The notes below the pieces were generated by a model, which had not been told where the DNA came from, did no database searches, and was given only the letters and a program-made list of their open reading frames with translations. From positions 35,178,080-35,242,079 of the forward strand of contig OZ037765.1 in the NCBI GenBank assembly GCA_964035545.1: 64,000 nucleotides of DNA. Direction: 5' to 3'. This stretch comes from Bugula neritina. Its lineage: Eukaryota > Animalia > Bryozoa. Positions 37,063 to 52,000 of this stretch are shown here, piece after piece; within the stretch, counting starts at the first letter, position 1; each line of letters begins with the position of its first letter. A program made the translations under genes and the position numbers.

Positions 37063-40000
37063 AATTTCATCTAAAAAGAAGTGTTTTTATGGTTGGAAGA
37101 AATTTAGCATTGAGATTCTCTATATAGATATGGGGATTAACATCATTCCAGAGCAAATATTGAGTCGACCTACACCTTTTGATGTTATACAACCCCAGAA
37201 CATAACACCGATAGGGTGCTTAATTGTTCGAAGAATACTTTAGGGGCTATATTCCTCATACTGGTCCCTTCTAACAAAAAAGTTTCCAGCCTGATTGTTC
37301 ACATTAAATGTGGATTCATCTGAAATAATTACTTTTTTCTAATCCTTCACTGTCTAACTACCATGCTTCTTAGCCCACCGTAGCTGGTTTTTTTGCTACT
37401 GTTATAAATTTGTGCCTGTGGGTTCAGGTGTACTAGCTACTTATTGCATTGTTCAGCAACTCCACAGATTGTTCGCTTTGTAATAATAAAGTCTCTATAT
37501 TTATACGAATAATACACACAAGGAAAATTATGCACTAATGAAAACTGCTACATACATAAACACATCTTGCTACTCCAATGTCTCTAACTCAACTCTATTA
37601 ATTAGCCAGTCATGCTAACGTATCTAACTAATGTCCCTCCTGATTGGACAGTCATTTAGAGGCCACGCCATCCTTGCATGTCAGCTGAGTGCTGCATTCA
37701 GAGTATATCAAAAAGGGGAAACTGGCGAGTCCTTGTTTCTATTATTGTGGCTCCGCGAGCCACTACACCGCCCCCACCAGCAGAAAGCTTACTTTTTGAT
37801 AAAAAAATACAATAATAGAAACGGGAAAAAAACACTATACTACATAATATAAGAACACTAATATTAAAACATATATGTATATAAAACCATAATATAAAAC
37901 CCAAAAGATAATAAGACAATATGCAAGAGGAGGAGTATCACACAGATACATCAGTAATTACCCCGCAGGCAAGAACTGTCATCTACATGATCACAACGTT
38001 GTAGTTGGAGAATTCCCAGGAAGGACATTCACAGATATTACTGCGTCCGCCAAGGAACGAGAGGAGGGGAAGAAGAACAGGAACGTCATCTCTCAACCTG
38101 AGAGCGACTCTTAGCTTGTCGGGCACGCAGCCTTCTTTTGATTCTGCCTACAGAGTCCTTGAGTTGGCTTAATCCAGTCGTTGTGGATAATAAACTAGGA
38201 GCCAGCTGTGTGAAATCAAACTGCAACCGTAGGAGTCGCTCCTTCACGGTTGCCAAGCATGTCTGTTTTTCTGTTTGCAGTCTAGGAACTTTGGGGGGTG
38301 ACTCTGCCTCTTCCTCTACAGTGTTGTGGGTTGAGTCGGCTATAGTGGCTTATGTCTTGAGGTTGGTCGGGCACCACGAAGGATTTCCGTCTGGCGACTT
38401 CTAGGAGGGCGGAGAACCCTTGGGTCAGGGCAGCTAATAACCCATGCCTTGCGAACTAGAGGGCAAGTATCTGCATCGACGATATACGGGCCTCCGGGGT
38501 GGCATCCTTTCGCCATGTATTTGATGATTGGATGCGGTTGTATATCATGCCGTCCGCAATGGTAGAAAGTTAACAGGTAGTGTGTGTTCACATGTATCCG
38601 CAATGAGCGGGGTTGGGTTGGTCCTCCTGGCATACCTGGCATCTGGTGTTTTTGCGGGGTCCACATGCGACTTCTATCAATTTCTCCGTCTCTGGCGACA
38701 CCCACCGGCTGCGGCGGCGGAGCGGTACTGCCAGTCTTTCTTCCGTCTCATCGCCATCCTCCATGAGTGCGGAGGAAAATGAGTATAGAGTGGAGTCTGG
38801 AAGTCCCGCGGTGGTGGTGCGAGTGTTACTTAAAAGAGTTCAACAGTGTGAGTTATTTACACTGAAGTGCTGCCGGAACCTGGAAAGTTATGACGTTAAA
38901 CTAACTGTGTAGGTTGGTGGACCGTTGGCTGAGAGCGTGACTGCGTTGAGGATTACAAAAATCCCAAGTCAGTCTACGGTCTTGCCACTGATTTTCACCA
39001 ATAGTATCTCCAGCTAGTTAGTTCAACTGGGCTAGCTGACTGATGCAGTCTAGTTTTTGTACTAGCAAAAGATAGTTAACTCACCCTGAGATTCGGTATA
39101 GTCGGACATACTGGAATTATTCAGAATGATTATGAGCTATCTTTAGTACGTCTACTCTCGACTGCATTCACATGTGAAAAGGCCGAGTAGCGTGGCTGTG
39201 GCATGTGACCAAGGCGCTTTACCCGGCGGATTAATTATACTTGTAGCTCCGGCCTTGCAAAAGTTGATTTTTACGTGGTGCTCACAACTCCCACAACCAG
39301 TTGGGGTTTCACCGTGTCATACCCCGCTAGACTTACATACTTGCCGCTTGGCACGCGGTCATATGTGAAGCCTTGTAAGTGTGCTGGGGTTTGTTTGGTG
39401 TGTTGCCCTCGTCTCAGAGGGGGTGGCGTATCCACCGGCGGCCTACTAAGTTCTGACCACAGAACTTCTGGCTCATGGGTGGTCGCCTTCTTTCTGCTTT
39501 CTCCGGACGGAGCCCCTCCTTTCGTGGGGATTTGCACTTCCGGAACCGTCTTGGTATCTAGAAGTTATGGTGTCAGACTTGGCGCTGGAGGCGGCGGGCC
39601 CACTCCCGCTGAGGGGAGTTACCGTTCGTCTCTTGTCAGGCCTTCTTTCCGCGGCACGACCACTTCATACTCTGGTCCACGCTGCTGCCTTCCCCGCATT
39701 ATTGTCTGCCTCTTGGGCTTCAACAACGAGGGTGTAGTTCGACCAGGTCGACGGTTCCTGTCTACCCTGACCATCTAGCATCCTGCCGCCCCGTCCCATT
39801 GAGGGGCCAGCCATGTTTGTTAGCCTGACAATCTTTACACCGTTTCACTTTGTGCCGTACGTCTCGCCCCATCTTGGGCCAATACCACCGGAGTTGTAGT
39901 CTGTTGATCATCTGCTGGACTCCTGCGTGAGTCTGCTGGTGGGTAATCTCAATCAACTCCCGGCGCATGGCTTCGGGGCAAACCACCCATTTCTTTTCAG

Positions 40001-43000
40001 GGTGTTTGTCACTGGCAAACAGTGTGATTGTCAACAGCTCATTGTTTTTGATCCACAGTGAGTCCCAACTTCGGCAGAGCAGCCAAAATTTAGCGTATCC
40101 TTGTCCAAGTTGTACTTCATTGGGTCGCCGCCTCTTCCTTTTTGCTTGATAGACGTCAGCTACTACTCCAGGGAGGATCATTTGGGCTTCTAGTAGCTCT
40201 GTGATGTTATTTGCTAAAACAGGGTTAGCGCAGAGGGTTTGCACCGCCTCTGAATCTTTGCTGACTACCGGTGTGGGTTGACTCTGGCCCCAGTTGGTCC
40301 TTGCCACTGGGTTAGCCTGTGTCTCTGTATCGGATCTCGAGGGGCCCCCGTCCCTCCTCTCAATACTGAGACACTGCTGGCCCCTTCTCTCCAGAGGGCG
40401 GCCAAACTTGTCAACGCAGGCGATCTCTTGCCCGGACATCACTATTACAGACTTACTAAAGTTAATGCGACATCCGTGCTGTTTCAAAAAAGGCATGCCG
40501 AGTATAGCATCCTCCTTTAGCTGACTTACGATAAATGTCTTTCGGATAGCCCGATCTCGGACATATCCTGTCAGCTCTACTAGACCATAGAAGGGAATGC
40601 ATGACCCGTCTGCCAGGGTGCCGTATTCTCCTTCGTATGGCTCCATCTCGCCCCGGAGCTTAGCGCTCAGGGTGTCAAAGAGTTGGCAACTTATGAGGTT
40701 CGTAGTGCAGCCTGAGTCTAACAGGAAAGTGGCAGCTTTACCCGCTATCTTGCCGGGTAAGAAATAGCTGTTTCTGTGGGGCTGCACTCTGACTCTCTCA
40801 CCGTGCCGTTTCTTGACAGGGGACACCCCTCTCGCTGTGGGTCCGGTTTGAGGAAATCTCCGATGGTTGCGGGCCGAGTTCAGCGGGGGGGGGAGGTACT
40901 CTATGCGAAGCTTGTACCAGCCCCCGTCCAGACTCTGGCGCCGGCAATCCATTGGGGCTGTTGCGGGTGGCCTATAGGAGGCAGCCTTTGGGTAGTGTTC
41001 CCTGTCTACCCGCCTCGGCTGTTTCTACTCCCGAGCATCCATTTGCGGCCTCCCTTCAGGAGGTGCGCGTCTCTTCTTCCCTGGAAAGTTTACCTCCGGC
41101 TCGCAGCTGGCGGCAACCCCTGTGGGCCGTGATCATTCAACCCATGGGACAGAAGAGGGCAATATCTTCTGAAGTGTCCTGGGTTCTCACATTCCCAACA
41201 GAAGGTAGCTGTGTCCCCCGTCCCCCACCGACGGCCTAGGGGGCCTACGTTCAGCTAACATGACGGTCAGTTGTGCGACCTTCGACGCTGCTGTTAACTG
41301 CCCTACAGCAGTGGTTGGGGAGGTCCTGCATTGGTGTCGTCTTGAGCGGCCAACGACCCGACTTGCACCTGGTGGGAGGCTCCCCGATTCCTGTGCATCT
41401 GATTCGCCAGGAGGTAGGCCTCTCCCGCCACGAGGGCGTTTTCAACCGTCGTGACTCCCCTCGCCAGGTACTGGTGATGGAGCCCTAAGTGATTGATGGA
41501 TTGTACGAAGGCGTCAAAAGTGTACCACTCACGGTTAGCTTGAGGCAGGTCGCTGTACGGGCTCTGCGCCAGCTTCATCACTGCGGTAGCATGCTCTTGC
41601 AGCGAGATGCGGGGGTCACGCCGCAGCCTCTGTAACTGGGCCCTGGCGTCTACAGCGGAGATGCCAAAACGGGCCCGCAGCGAAGCGGAAATGCTGTCAA
41701 TGTCGGGTCCCAACCCATAGGGTTTGGCGTTTTCCATCAACGACATCCGCAGATGCAACAGTGCCACCCGGAGTGGTCACTGAGTGACTTCCATCACATC
41801 ACTGAACTCCACGATGAACTGCTCTACATCTTCGTTGCCCGCAAAGGTAGGAGCCTTCAACCGATACCTATCCGCAGCCAGCTTTCTATAAGCCCCTCTC
41901 TTTTCTGCCATGGGATTCTCCATAAAAATGTTATGACAACGTTCATTTTCTATCGGCCGTGGTCGAAGTTCAAAATCATCTTCTGCCATCTTCGATACGC
42001 CAGCAATAATCCAACTGCTGCCACCACTGTTATAAATTTGCGCACGTGGGTTCAGGTGTACTAGCTACTTATTGCATTGTTCAGCAACTCCACAGATTAT
42101 TCGCTTTATAATAATAAAGTCTCTATATTTATACGAATAATGCAGACAAGGAAAATTATGCACTGATAAAAACTGCTACATACGTAAACACATCTTGCTA
42201 CTCCACTGTCTCTAACTCAACTCTACTAATTAGCCAGTCATGCTAACGTATCTAACTAACGTCCCTCCTGATTGGACAGTCATTTAGAGGCCACGCTATT
42301 CTTGCGTGTCTGCTGAGTGCTGCATTCAGTGTATATCAAAAAGGCGAAACTAGCGAGTCCTTGTTTTTATTATTGTGACTCCACTACTTCTCGGTTAGTA
42401 GAGACTTCCGTTTTGATTTGCAGCCACGTAGACCATAGCTCAGCAATCTTTGCTTTATCTGGGATATTGAAGCTGCTGTTCCTGTTGATTTTGAGTGTTC
42501 TTTGCCAACTCAGGACTTGTTTTATGATAATCCCTTTGCTGATCCAAGTGAGAACAGCTTGTCATCTTTCGGTGTGCTTTTTCTCGGTCGTCCACTTCCA
42601 GGTTGATCTGCTACACTGCCAGTCTCCACAAACTTCTTGATAATTTGATGTACAGTTTTCTTTGCTTCGCCAACCTTTTCAGATATTTTCCTAATTGAAT
42701 AACCTTCGTTATGCAGGAAAATTATTACAAACCTTGCTTTTAAAGTAAGATTTACAGCTTTCATTTTGTCTATGCGCAGCGCCTAAGTGGACACCATGTA
42801 AAAGCTCACAACTAAATAAGAGATTTCAAATTATGGAAGAAAGTCATATACTTTATGATATCATGATGCTATGCACAAAGTAAAATTTCACTATTTAGCC
42901 TTTAGTGGTTATCAGAAGCGATAAACACTGGAAACATAAAAACACAGGAGTTGCGCTTTTCTAGCTGCTTGTATAGTTAGCCCGAAAATTGGTAAAAAAC

Positions 43001-46000
43001 ATCACAGCAGCAGAAATTTATGAGGTGGAAATTGTAGCACACATTCGAAAGGTCACTTTGATATATAGGAAAATACTAAGAACTTCGAAGAAATGTCTAA
43101 TAAACAAGCTACATAGAAATTTCTGCAAGCATCCTTAAACTTTTTCACAGCACCGTAGGTTTGTTGACATGAAGCTTCAGGGCAGGTTATTTTGTGAACT
43201 ATGTTGTGTAAGTGTCCTTTATTAGTTTTGTCGTTGATGCTGAAATGCGAACTTAAGGGAATTCCTTTGAATATAATTCAGGCATTAAGTTCAATTGGAA
43301 GTGAGTCTGCAATGAATTTGTTGAGAAAATGAAATATAGCTTTTCTCCTGCTACCCCTTTATAACGTAGTTGAAGTAAAATGTGTTTCCTGTTGTCCTTT
43401 TCACTGAGTAGTCCGTCACGAATGTTGGTAACAGTTTTCTCTATTATGTATACACAATTCAAATTTGGTTAATTGTTGCTAATTCTTCTTCAATTGGGAA
43501 GTTGACATATCGTGCAAGACCAAACTTATAAAAGTGTCACTAAATTTTTTCAAATTTCAAATAAGTCTGCTGAATTTAGCCTGCCAAATACATTTTATTT
43601 CCTTTAGAAATAGATAGATGTATACTATATATCACATGTCAACTAGTATATATGTTTACTATAGCATGTCTAATCTGAAGAATCTGAAGACTCTTAATAT
43701 GTCATGGAATAACTTCAGTGAAGGATTACCTGATGTAGTCACATCAATGACATCTCTAAGGAAGTTGGATATGTTTAACTGTAACCTACCAACTCTACCT
43801 GAGAGGTTAGTGAAACCAACTTCATATGAAATTTTCTTTCAGTAATTTCAAAGAATTATTGAATTATATAATTCGATAATTAGACATACAACTATGATAG
43901 TAAATACAATTTGCTTTTAGTTTTGCAAATACATTTTATTTAATTCAAAATATGTTATTCGATCTATTATATTATATTATATTTAATTACATCTAATATT
44001 TTTATTCATTATAATATTTTATTATATTGCATCGTATCTCAAATAGTATATCATATATTTACCATAGCATGTCTAATCTGAAGAATCTGGAGACTCTTGA
44101 TATGTCAGGGAATAACTTCAGTGAAGGATTACCTGATGTAGTCACATCAATGACATCTCTAAGAGAGCTGAATATGTATAACTGTAAGCTACCAACTCTA
44201 CCTGAGAGGTTAGTAAATGCAAGCACCCTCCTATAAGTGTTTTGCCTCCATGTTTATAGACATGCATCTCCTGTTGCTATATATTGTTAAAATTATTGCA
44301 AATTTCTTATTCTATATTTAAAGTTAACCAAAAAGATGCTAAATAATGTTTGAACTCAAAAGAAATATCATGTTGAATATGCTACTCTATTAACTTATTC
44401 CGTAAAAAGCTGCATATATCCTGCTATATAAAATGTCTCAAATAGTATATGTTTACTATATAGCATGTCTAATCTGAAGAATCTGGACACTCTTAATATA
44501 TCAGAGAATAACTTCAGTGAAGGATTACCTGATGTATTCACATCAATGACATCTCTAAGGAAGTTGGATATTAGTGACTGTAAACTATCAACTCTACCTG
44601 AGGGGTTAGTTAAACCAACTTCATATGAAATTTTCATTCAGTAATTTCAAAGAATTATTGAATTATATAATTCAATAATTAGACATACAACTATAATAAT
44701 AAATACAATTTGCTTTTAGTTTTACAAGTACATTTTATTCAATTCAAAATATGTTATTATATTTATTATATTATATTTAATTACATCAAATATTTTGTTT
44801 TATTATAATATTTTATTATATTGCATCGTATCTCAACTAGCATATATTTACTATAGTATGTCTAATCTGAAGTATCTGGAGACTCTTAATATGTCAGTGA
44901 ATAACTTCAGTGAAGGATTACCTGATGTAGTCACATCAATGACATCTCTAAGAGAGTTGGATATTAGTGACTGTGAACTACAAACTCTACCTGGGAGGTT
45001 AGTAAATGCAAGCACCTTTCTAGTGTTTTGCCTCCATGTTTATAGACATGCATCTCCTGTTGCTATGTATTGTTAAATTTATTGCAAATTACTTATTCTA
45101 TATTTAAAGTTAACCAAAAATTTAGAATTTACCTGCATGTTTTGAGACTTATATTTTTTTGCTAAATAATTTGTGAAAATTTCTCAAATCTGTTGAATGT
45201 TTGCTTATATGATGTATACAATATGCAGATAAATAGAAGCTAATAAAGAGATGCTATACGTAATATTATAACATGTGGTTATATGGAATATATAAAACAT
45301 GTTCCAATATTTTAATTTCCTATAATGCTTGAATTAAGTAGAAGCTATAGTAAGCTGAGTTTATTAGACTTTTCTTGAAAAATAAAAAGCTTAAGCTTTA
45401 TTATGTAATATCCTGCAGACTAAAATCAGGTTCTGACCTAGCAATATAATGTATAGTTGATATCTAAATAAGTTATACAGTCGTTTGTTATACTATAAGC
45501 AGTAATAACCTTTAATTGAAGTGTTATAAATAATTAATTTGTATTTTGAAGTATGAAACAAAAATGAATTATTTTAGCAATTATCTGTAACTATGACAAA
45601 CATTATTATATATAAAAATATAAATGCATAAACTGTGAAGGGTATATACTTTGTATTCAGCTTGGTGTTGAAAAAAAGGACTCATGCAGTATATTTCACA
45701 TGTATATGTGAAATTCATATCTACTGATGTCTTTTATTCCAACTTGATACTCCATTAAATGAAATTTATTATAAATCAATGGGAAACTTTATGCTAAAAT
45801 TATGTTTCTATTGCTTTAGATGGTTGTATTACTACATGATGTCTCAACTAGTATATGTTTACTATAGCATGTCTAATCTGAAGAATCTGGAGACTCTTAA
45901 TATGTCAGGGAATAACTTCAGTGAAGGATTACCTGATGTATTCACATCAATGACATCTCTAAGGATGTTGGATATGTTTAACTGTAACCTACCAGCTCTA

Positions 46001-49000
46001 CCTAAGAGGTTATAGTGAAACCAACTACATATGAAATTTTCATCCAGTAATTTCAAAGAATTATTGAGTTATATAATTCAATAATTAGACATACAACTAT
46101 AATAATAAATACAATTTGCTTTTAGTTTTACAAATACATATATTTTGTCTTATTATAATAACTTATTATATTGCATCGTATCTCAACTAGTATATGTTTA
46201 CCATAGCATGTCTAATCTGAAGAATCTGGAGACTCTTAAAATGTCAGGGAATAACTTCAGTGAAGGATTACCTGATGTATTCACATCAATGACATCTCTA
46301 AGGAAGTTGGATATGTTTAACTGTAACCTACCAGCTCTACCTAAGAGGTTATAGTGAAACCAACTTCATATGAAATCTTCATCCAGTAATTTCAAAGAAT
46401 TATTGAGTTATATAATTCAGTAATTAGACATAGAACTATAATAATAAATACAATTAGCTTTTAGTTTTACAAATAGATATATTTTGTTTTATTATAATAT
46501 TTTATTATATTGCATCGTATCTCAACTAGTATATGTTTACTATAGCATGTCTAATCTGAAGAATCTGAAGACTCTTGATATGTCAGGGAATATCTTCAGT
46601 AAAGGATTACCTGACGTATTCACATCAATGACATCTCTAAGAGAGTTGAATATTAGTGGCTGTAGACTACCAACTCTACCTGAGAGGTTAGTAAATGCAA
46701 GCACCCTCCTAGTGTTTTGCCTCCATGTTTATAGACATGCATCTCCTGTTGCTATTTATTGTTAAAATTATTGCAAATTTCTTATTCTACATTTAAAGTT
46801 AACCAAAAATCTAGAATTTACCTGTATGTTTTGAGACTTACATTTTTTTGCTAAATAATCTGTGAAAATTTCTCAAATCTGTAGAATGTTTGCTTATATG
46901 ATGTATACAATATATATGCAGATAAATATAAGCTAATAAAGAGATGCTATGTAATATTATGACATGTGGTTATGGAATATATAAGGCATGTTCCAATATT
47001 TTAATTTCCTATGATGCTCGAATTAAGTAGAAGTTATAGTAAGCTGAGTTTATTAGACTTTTCTTGAAAAATAAAAAGCCTAAGCTTTATTATGTAATCT
47101 CCTGCAGACTAAAATCAGGTTCTGATCTAGCAGTATAATGTATAGTTAGTATCTATAAATAAGTTATGCAGTCGTTTGTTATACTATAAGCAGTAATAAC
47201 CTTTAATTGAAATGTTATAAATAATTAATTTGTGTTTTGAAGTATGAAACAAAAAGGAATTATTTTAGCAATTATCTGTAACAATGACAAACATTATTAT
47301 ATATAAAAATATAAATGCATAAACTGTGAAGGATACATACTTTGTATTCAGCTTGGTGTTGAAAAAAAGGACCCATACAGTATATTTCACATGTATATGT
47401 GAAATTCATATCTACTGATGTCTTTTATTCCAACTTGATACTCCATTAAATGAAATTTATTATATATCAATGGGAAACTTTATGCTAGAATTATATTTCT
47501 ATTGCTTTAGATGGTTGTATTACTATATGATGTCTCAACTAGTATATGTTTACTATAGCATGTCTAATCTGGAGAATCTGCAGAATCTTAACATGTCATG
47601 GAATAACTTCAGTGAAGGATTACCTGATGCATTCACATCAATGACATCTCTAAGAGAGTTGGATATTAGTTATTGTAGACTACCAACTCTACCTGAGAGG
47701 TTAGTAAATGCAAGCACCCTCCTAGTGTTTTGCCTCCATGTTTATAGACATGCATCTCCTGTTGCTATGTATTGTTAAAATTATTGCAAATTTCTTATTC
47801 TATATTTAAAGTTAACCAAAAATCTAGAATTTACCTGCATGTTTGGAGACTTACATTTTTTTTGCTGAAAAATCTGTGAAAATTTCTCAAATCTGCATGT
47901 TGAATGTTTGCTTATATGATGAATACAATATGCAAATAATTATAAGCTAATAAAGAGATGCTATGTAATATTATGACATGTTTATGTCAGTGAGTGTTCC
48001 AATGTTTTTTAATTGTTATTGTAATCGTTTGTGGATAAACAGATATTGTGATAAGAAAGTTTGGGTTAGTTTCGTGTGATAGGTAATCTTTAATCTGTCT
48101 CAAACCATAAGCCAGAGAATGTACTACAAACACACAATGAAGTAATACTGGTATAAGTAATGCTTAGACACAAAAATATTATATAACCAGTACAAGTAAT
48201 TACTATAACGTATGCTACAGAGTTTACACATAATACAAATTATTATAATAACCTTGTAACAATAGAATGAAGATGGGAAGCCAAACATATCAGCGTGTTG
48301 GGTTATAACTGTTATAGGTTAAATTGCTACAGAGTATTAGTATTAAGTATTTAGCTGATAGCCTGAGGTCTAAGTCAATTGTCAGACACTATCATCAACA
48401 TCTCCTTTTCTTTTATAAAAAGTTGGTATAAGTTTGATAATGTAATGAATGAATTATAATTGATTAGGTCAATATAGTTTTAGTAGCAAAAGGGTTGATA
48501 CGATAAAAGCTTAGTTAGTCTAGATCATGGGCTACTCCAACACATAGTCCTGGTATTTTGGATGCATTTTGAAGTGGGAAACAAAAAGGAATTATTTTAG
48601 CAATTATCTGTAACTATGACAAATATTATTATATAAAAACATATAAATGCATGAAATGTGAAGGGTATATACTTTGTATTCAGCTTGGTGTTGAAAAAAA
48701 AGACTCATGCAGTATATTTCACATGTATATGTGAAATTCACATCTACTGATGTTTTTTATTCCAACTTCATACTCCATTAAATGAAATTTGTTATATATT
48801 TCAATGGGAAACTTTATGCTAGAATTATATTTCTATTGCTTTAGATGGTTGTATTACTACATGATGTCTCAACTAGTATATGTTTACTACAGCATGTTTA
48901 ATCTGAAGAATCTGGACACTCTTAATATGTCAGGGAATAACTTCAGTGAAAGATTACCTGATGTATTCACATCAATGACATCTCTAAGAAACTTGTATAT

Positions 49001-52000
49001 GGAGCAATGTCAACTAGTAACTCTACCTGAGAGGTTAGTAGGAATGCATTAAATAAAATATTCATCAGTGTGAAGGATATAGTTCTGCAATAAGAGTATT
49101 TATTTTTCAAGTAAAATTATCTAAAGGTTTTAAAGTTAAGCTTGGAAAGTTCTACAGAAACAGTTTTACATACTTTTTGGGATTCCCTAAGTACAATATA
49201 TCAGGTTCACAGTAGAATCACAAGTACCAATTGTGTTAAATACTTCCCACTGAGAATCAACCTCCGGCTTGCCAACTGAGGCTCTAACCATTACACTCTA
49301 AGGACCACTGGGTAATGTCAATGCTACACTAAACTGTTCACATGTGCATTCAGTTCTGGGGTCCCATAAAGCTATTCTGTGTACAGTCACATATCTCTAA
49401 TCACAGCAGACTATAATATAATTCTACATACCCCCTGCCTTCAAATGACATCACAATTACTATAAGACACCAAATTATCATAAGCAGATTCTATGGAATG
49501 AAATATTAATATATAATTATATTATTATTATTATTGCAGTTATGTGTCATAAGGAAACCTCATCTTCATGTTGTTTAGAGACAAAACAGTTGCATTAAGG
49601 GCAGAGTTCATCAAGTTGTATTTTATATTAGGTTGCATGTAATACATAAGGATTTATATATCGAAACAGTTGTATACAGATGTAACTTTTTAAATGACAA
49701 ATTTGAAAAAAGTTGCTCGTTATAAATCTGCAATCATGTTTGCAAATTAATAAATATTGTAATGGATTTCAGTGGTTCAATTAATTGTTAGTTATTATAT
49801 TGAAAGGGTCGACTCTATATTGTATATTATTGTGGATATCGACAGCATCGACCTCCAGCGACTTGTATCTATGGTCGACAGTGGCACCACTAATAACAGC
49901 CAATCAGGACTGACATGCTAATTGGTAGCAGGTGGAGCTAGCTACTCGTAGTGGAAGCCGCTGAGTAGCTAGCCAGGCAAACCAGCTTGGGACTTCGCTT
50001 AGAGTAGTTGTGTGTAAAGTCTCACTTATTATGTAATCGTTCAATTCATGTTAGCAGTAATTCAATTCTTGTATCTTGTAAATAATAAACTTATCATAAC
50101 GTAAATAACCTGGTGTAGTAGCTTTGTTTAAGTCGACCCACATAACATAGTGAATTGTGAAATTCACTACAGTGGTGGCAGCGGTGGGATTCCACTTGAT
50201 ACAAATGCTCCTAGCCAGGGAGTAGAAAGAAGATAGCCGACGAGGACGACGCGCCCGGACAGGAACCGGCAGCATTAGAGGAGGATCACATAGGCGGCCC
50301 AGCGCTGCCTATGGACAGGTACCACTTGCGGGCTCCCATCTTCTCAGGGGAAGGAGATGTGGAGCAAGTCATCACTAAGTTTAGTGATGTGGCGGCCATT
50401 TGCAGATGGCTGAATAGGGTTACTCTGATCCAGCTGCGGTTATGTCTGACAGGGCCGGCGAAACCCTATGGAATAAGCAAGAATGTCGGTGACATATTTG
50501 AAGCATTACGAGCTTGGTTTGGATTAACCGCTCGAGATGCTCGCGTGCAACTCCAGGGGCTTAGAAGAAATCCTAAGACTAACCTGCGAGAGCATGCTAC
50601 CGTAGTCGAACGACTGGCACAAGTCGCCTAAGGCGACTTGCCTGCTGATAGTTGACAGAGCTTAGCACTGGATGCATTCCTCCAGTCTATTAACAACCTT
50701 GGGCTGAAACAGCATCTGCTGGTGGCCGAGGTTGAGACTATGGAGAGAGCTCTAAGGCTTGGGAATGCTTATTTCCAAGCTGATAGTGCGTGCCGACCTG
50801 GTACGACAATACAGCAGGTCGGAGCAGACGACGACGTGTCGACGTCACCGGCGAAGACAGCTGTACATGTCGCCTCGGCAGCAGCCGACGAGCCGACTAG
50901 CTTGACCACAAGCTTGGTTCGAGAACTGCTAGCCGAGATCAGGCAACTGCGCCAGCAGTGGACAGCCGAGTGACCCAGGAGGTCGTCGGTAGCTGTCGAC
51001 GACAGGCGCCGCCCCGTATGCTGGGGCTGTGGTAGTGGTGGGCACTTCATAAGAAGTTGCCCCCGCGGTAGTGGGAGGCAGTTAAACAGCAATGGCCCAC
51101 GATAACTTCCGCCGACCGTGGGCTCCAGTTTAACCCCCCAAGGCAGAGGCCAAGGCCCAAACCCCACCGGGTAAGGAGGCCGCCTTCGTCAGAGTGGCAA
51201 GCCCCAAGGAGAGTTAGTAGGCCGCAAGGCCCGCCAAAACTTCCGGCTTGGGCACTCAAAAATCGCTTTGAAGGTTTGCTTGATGAGGGAGTGAATGACG
51301 AGTGAGAGCGAAACAGGGATTTTCCTTGGTTGCCCACACGAGCATCAGCCCGAGAATTCACTCGGCCACCTGTGTGTGAGCAAGACCGAGATGTAACCTG
51401 CTTGCCCACGCGACGTCGACGACCCCCTCGCAACCGAAAAGCACAGGTGCATCCCCAACTCCATGCACATGAGGTGTCGTCTCAAGAGACGAACCGCTCA
51501 ATGAGCGCTCAGCCATATGGAAGCAGCTATTTCCTCCCGGGCAAACTTGCTGGCAAAGCTGTCACATTCCTGTTGGATACTGGGTGCACCACCAACCTAC
51601 TGAGTCGGCGTCTATTCGACACTCTCAGTGCCAGGGACAGGGCTAGCCTAGAACCATATGAAGGGGAGCACGGCACGTTGGCGGACGGGTCGTGTATTCC
51701 TTTCTATGGGGTAATCCAGTTGACTGGTAGAGTCCGTGATCAGACGACCAGTGAGACCTTCATCGTCAGTCAACTCAAGGAGGACGCCATCTTGGGCATG
51801 CCATTTCTGAAGCGACACAGGTGCTACATCGAATTTAACAAGTCGGCGGTGGTGATGGCCGGGCGTGAGCCGGCCTGTGTCGACCAATTTGGCCGACCTT
51901 TGGTGGGGGGAGTGCAGGTGGTAGAGCGTTGTACTGTACCTGGGCGCTCCCGGGCTACAGTTCGCTGCAGAGTGAACTGTAGGGAAATCTCCGAGTTAGG

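Noticed and set aside
43665-49033. Repeat-spacer pattern superficially like a CRISPR array
   Set aside because: Repeats are 141-bp coding exons with splice sites, spacers are homologous introns, the context is eukaryotic and there are no cas genes
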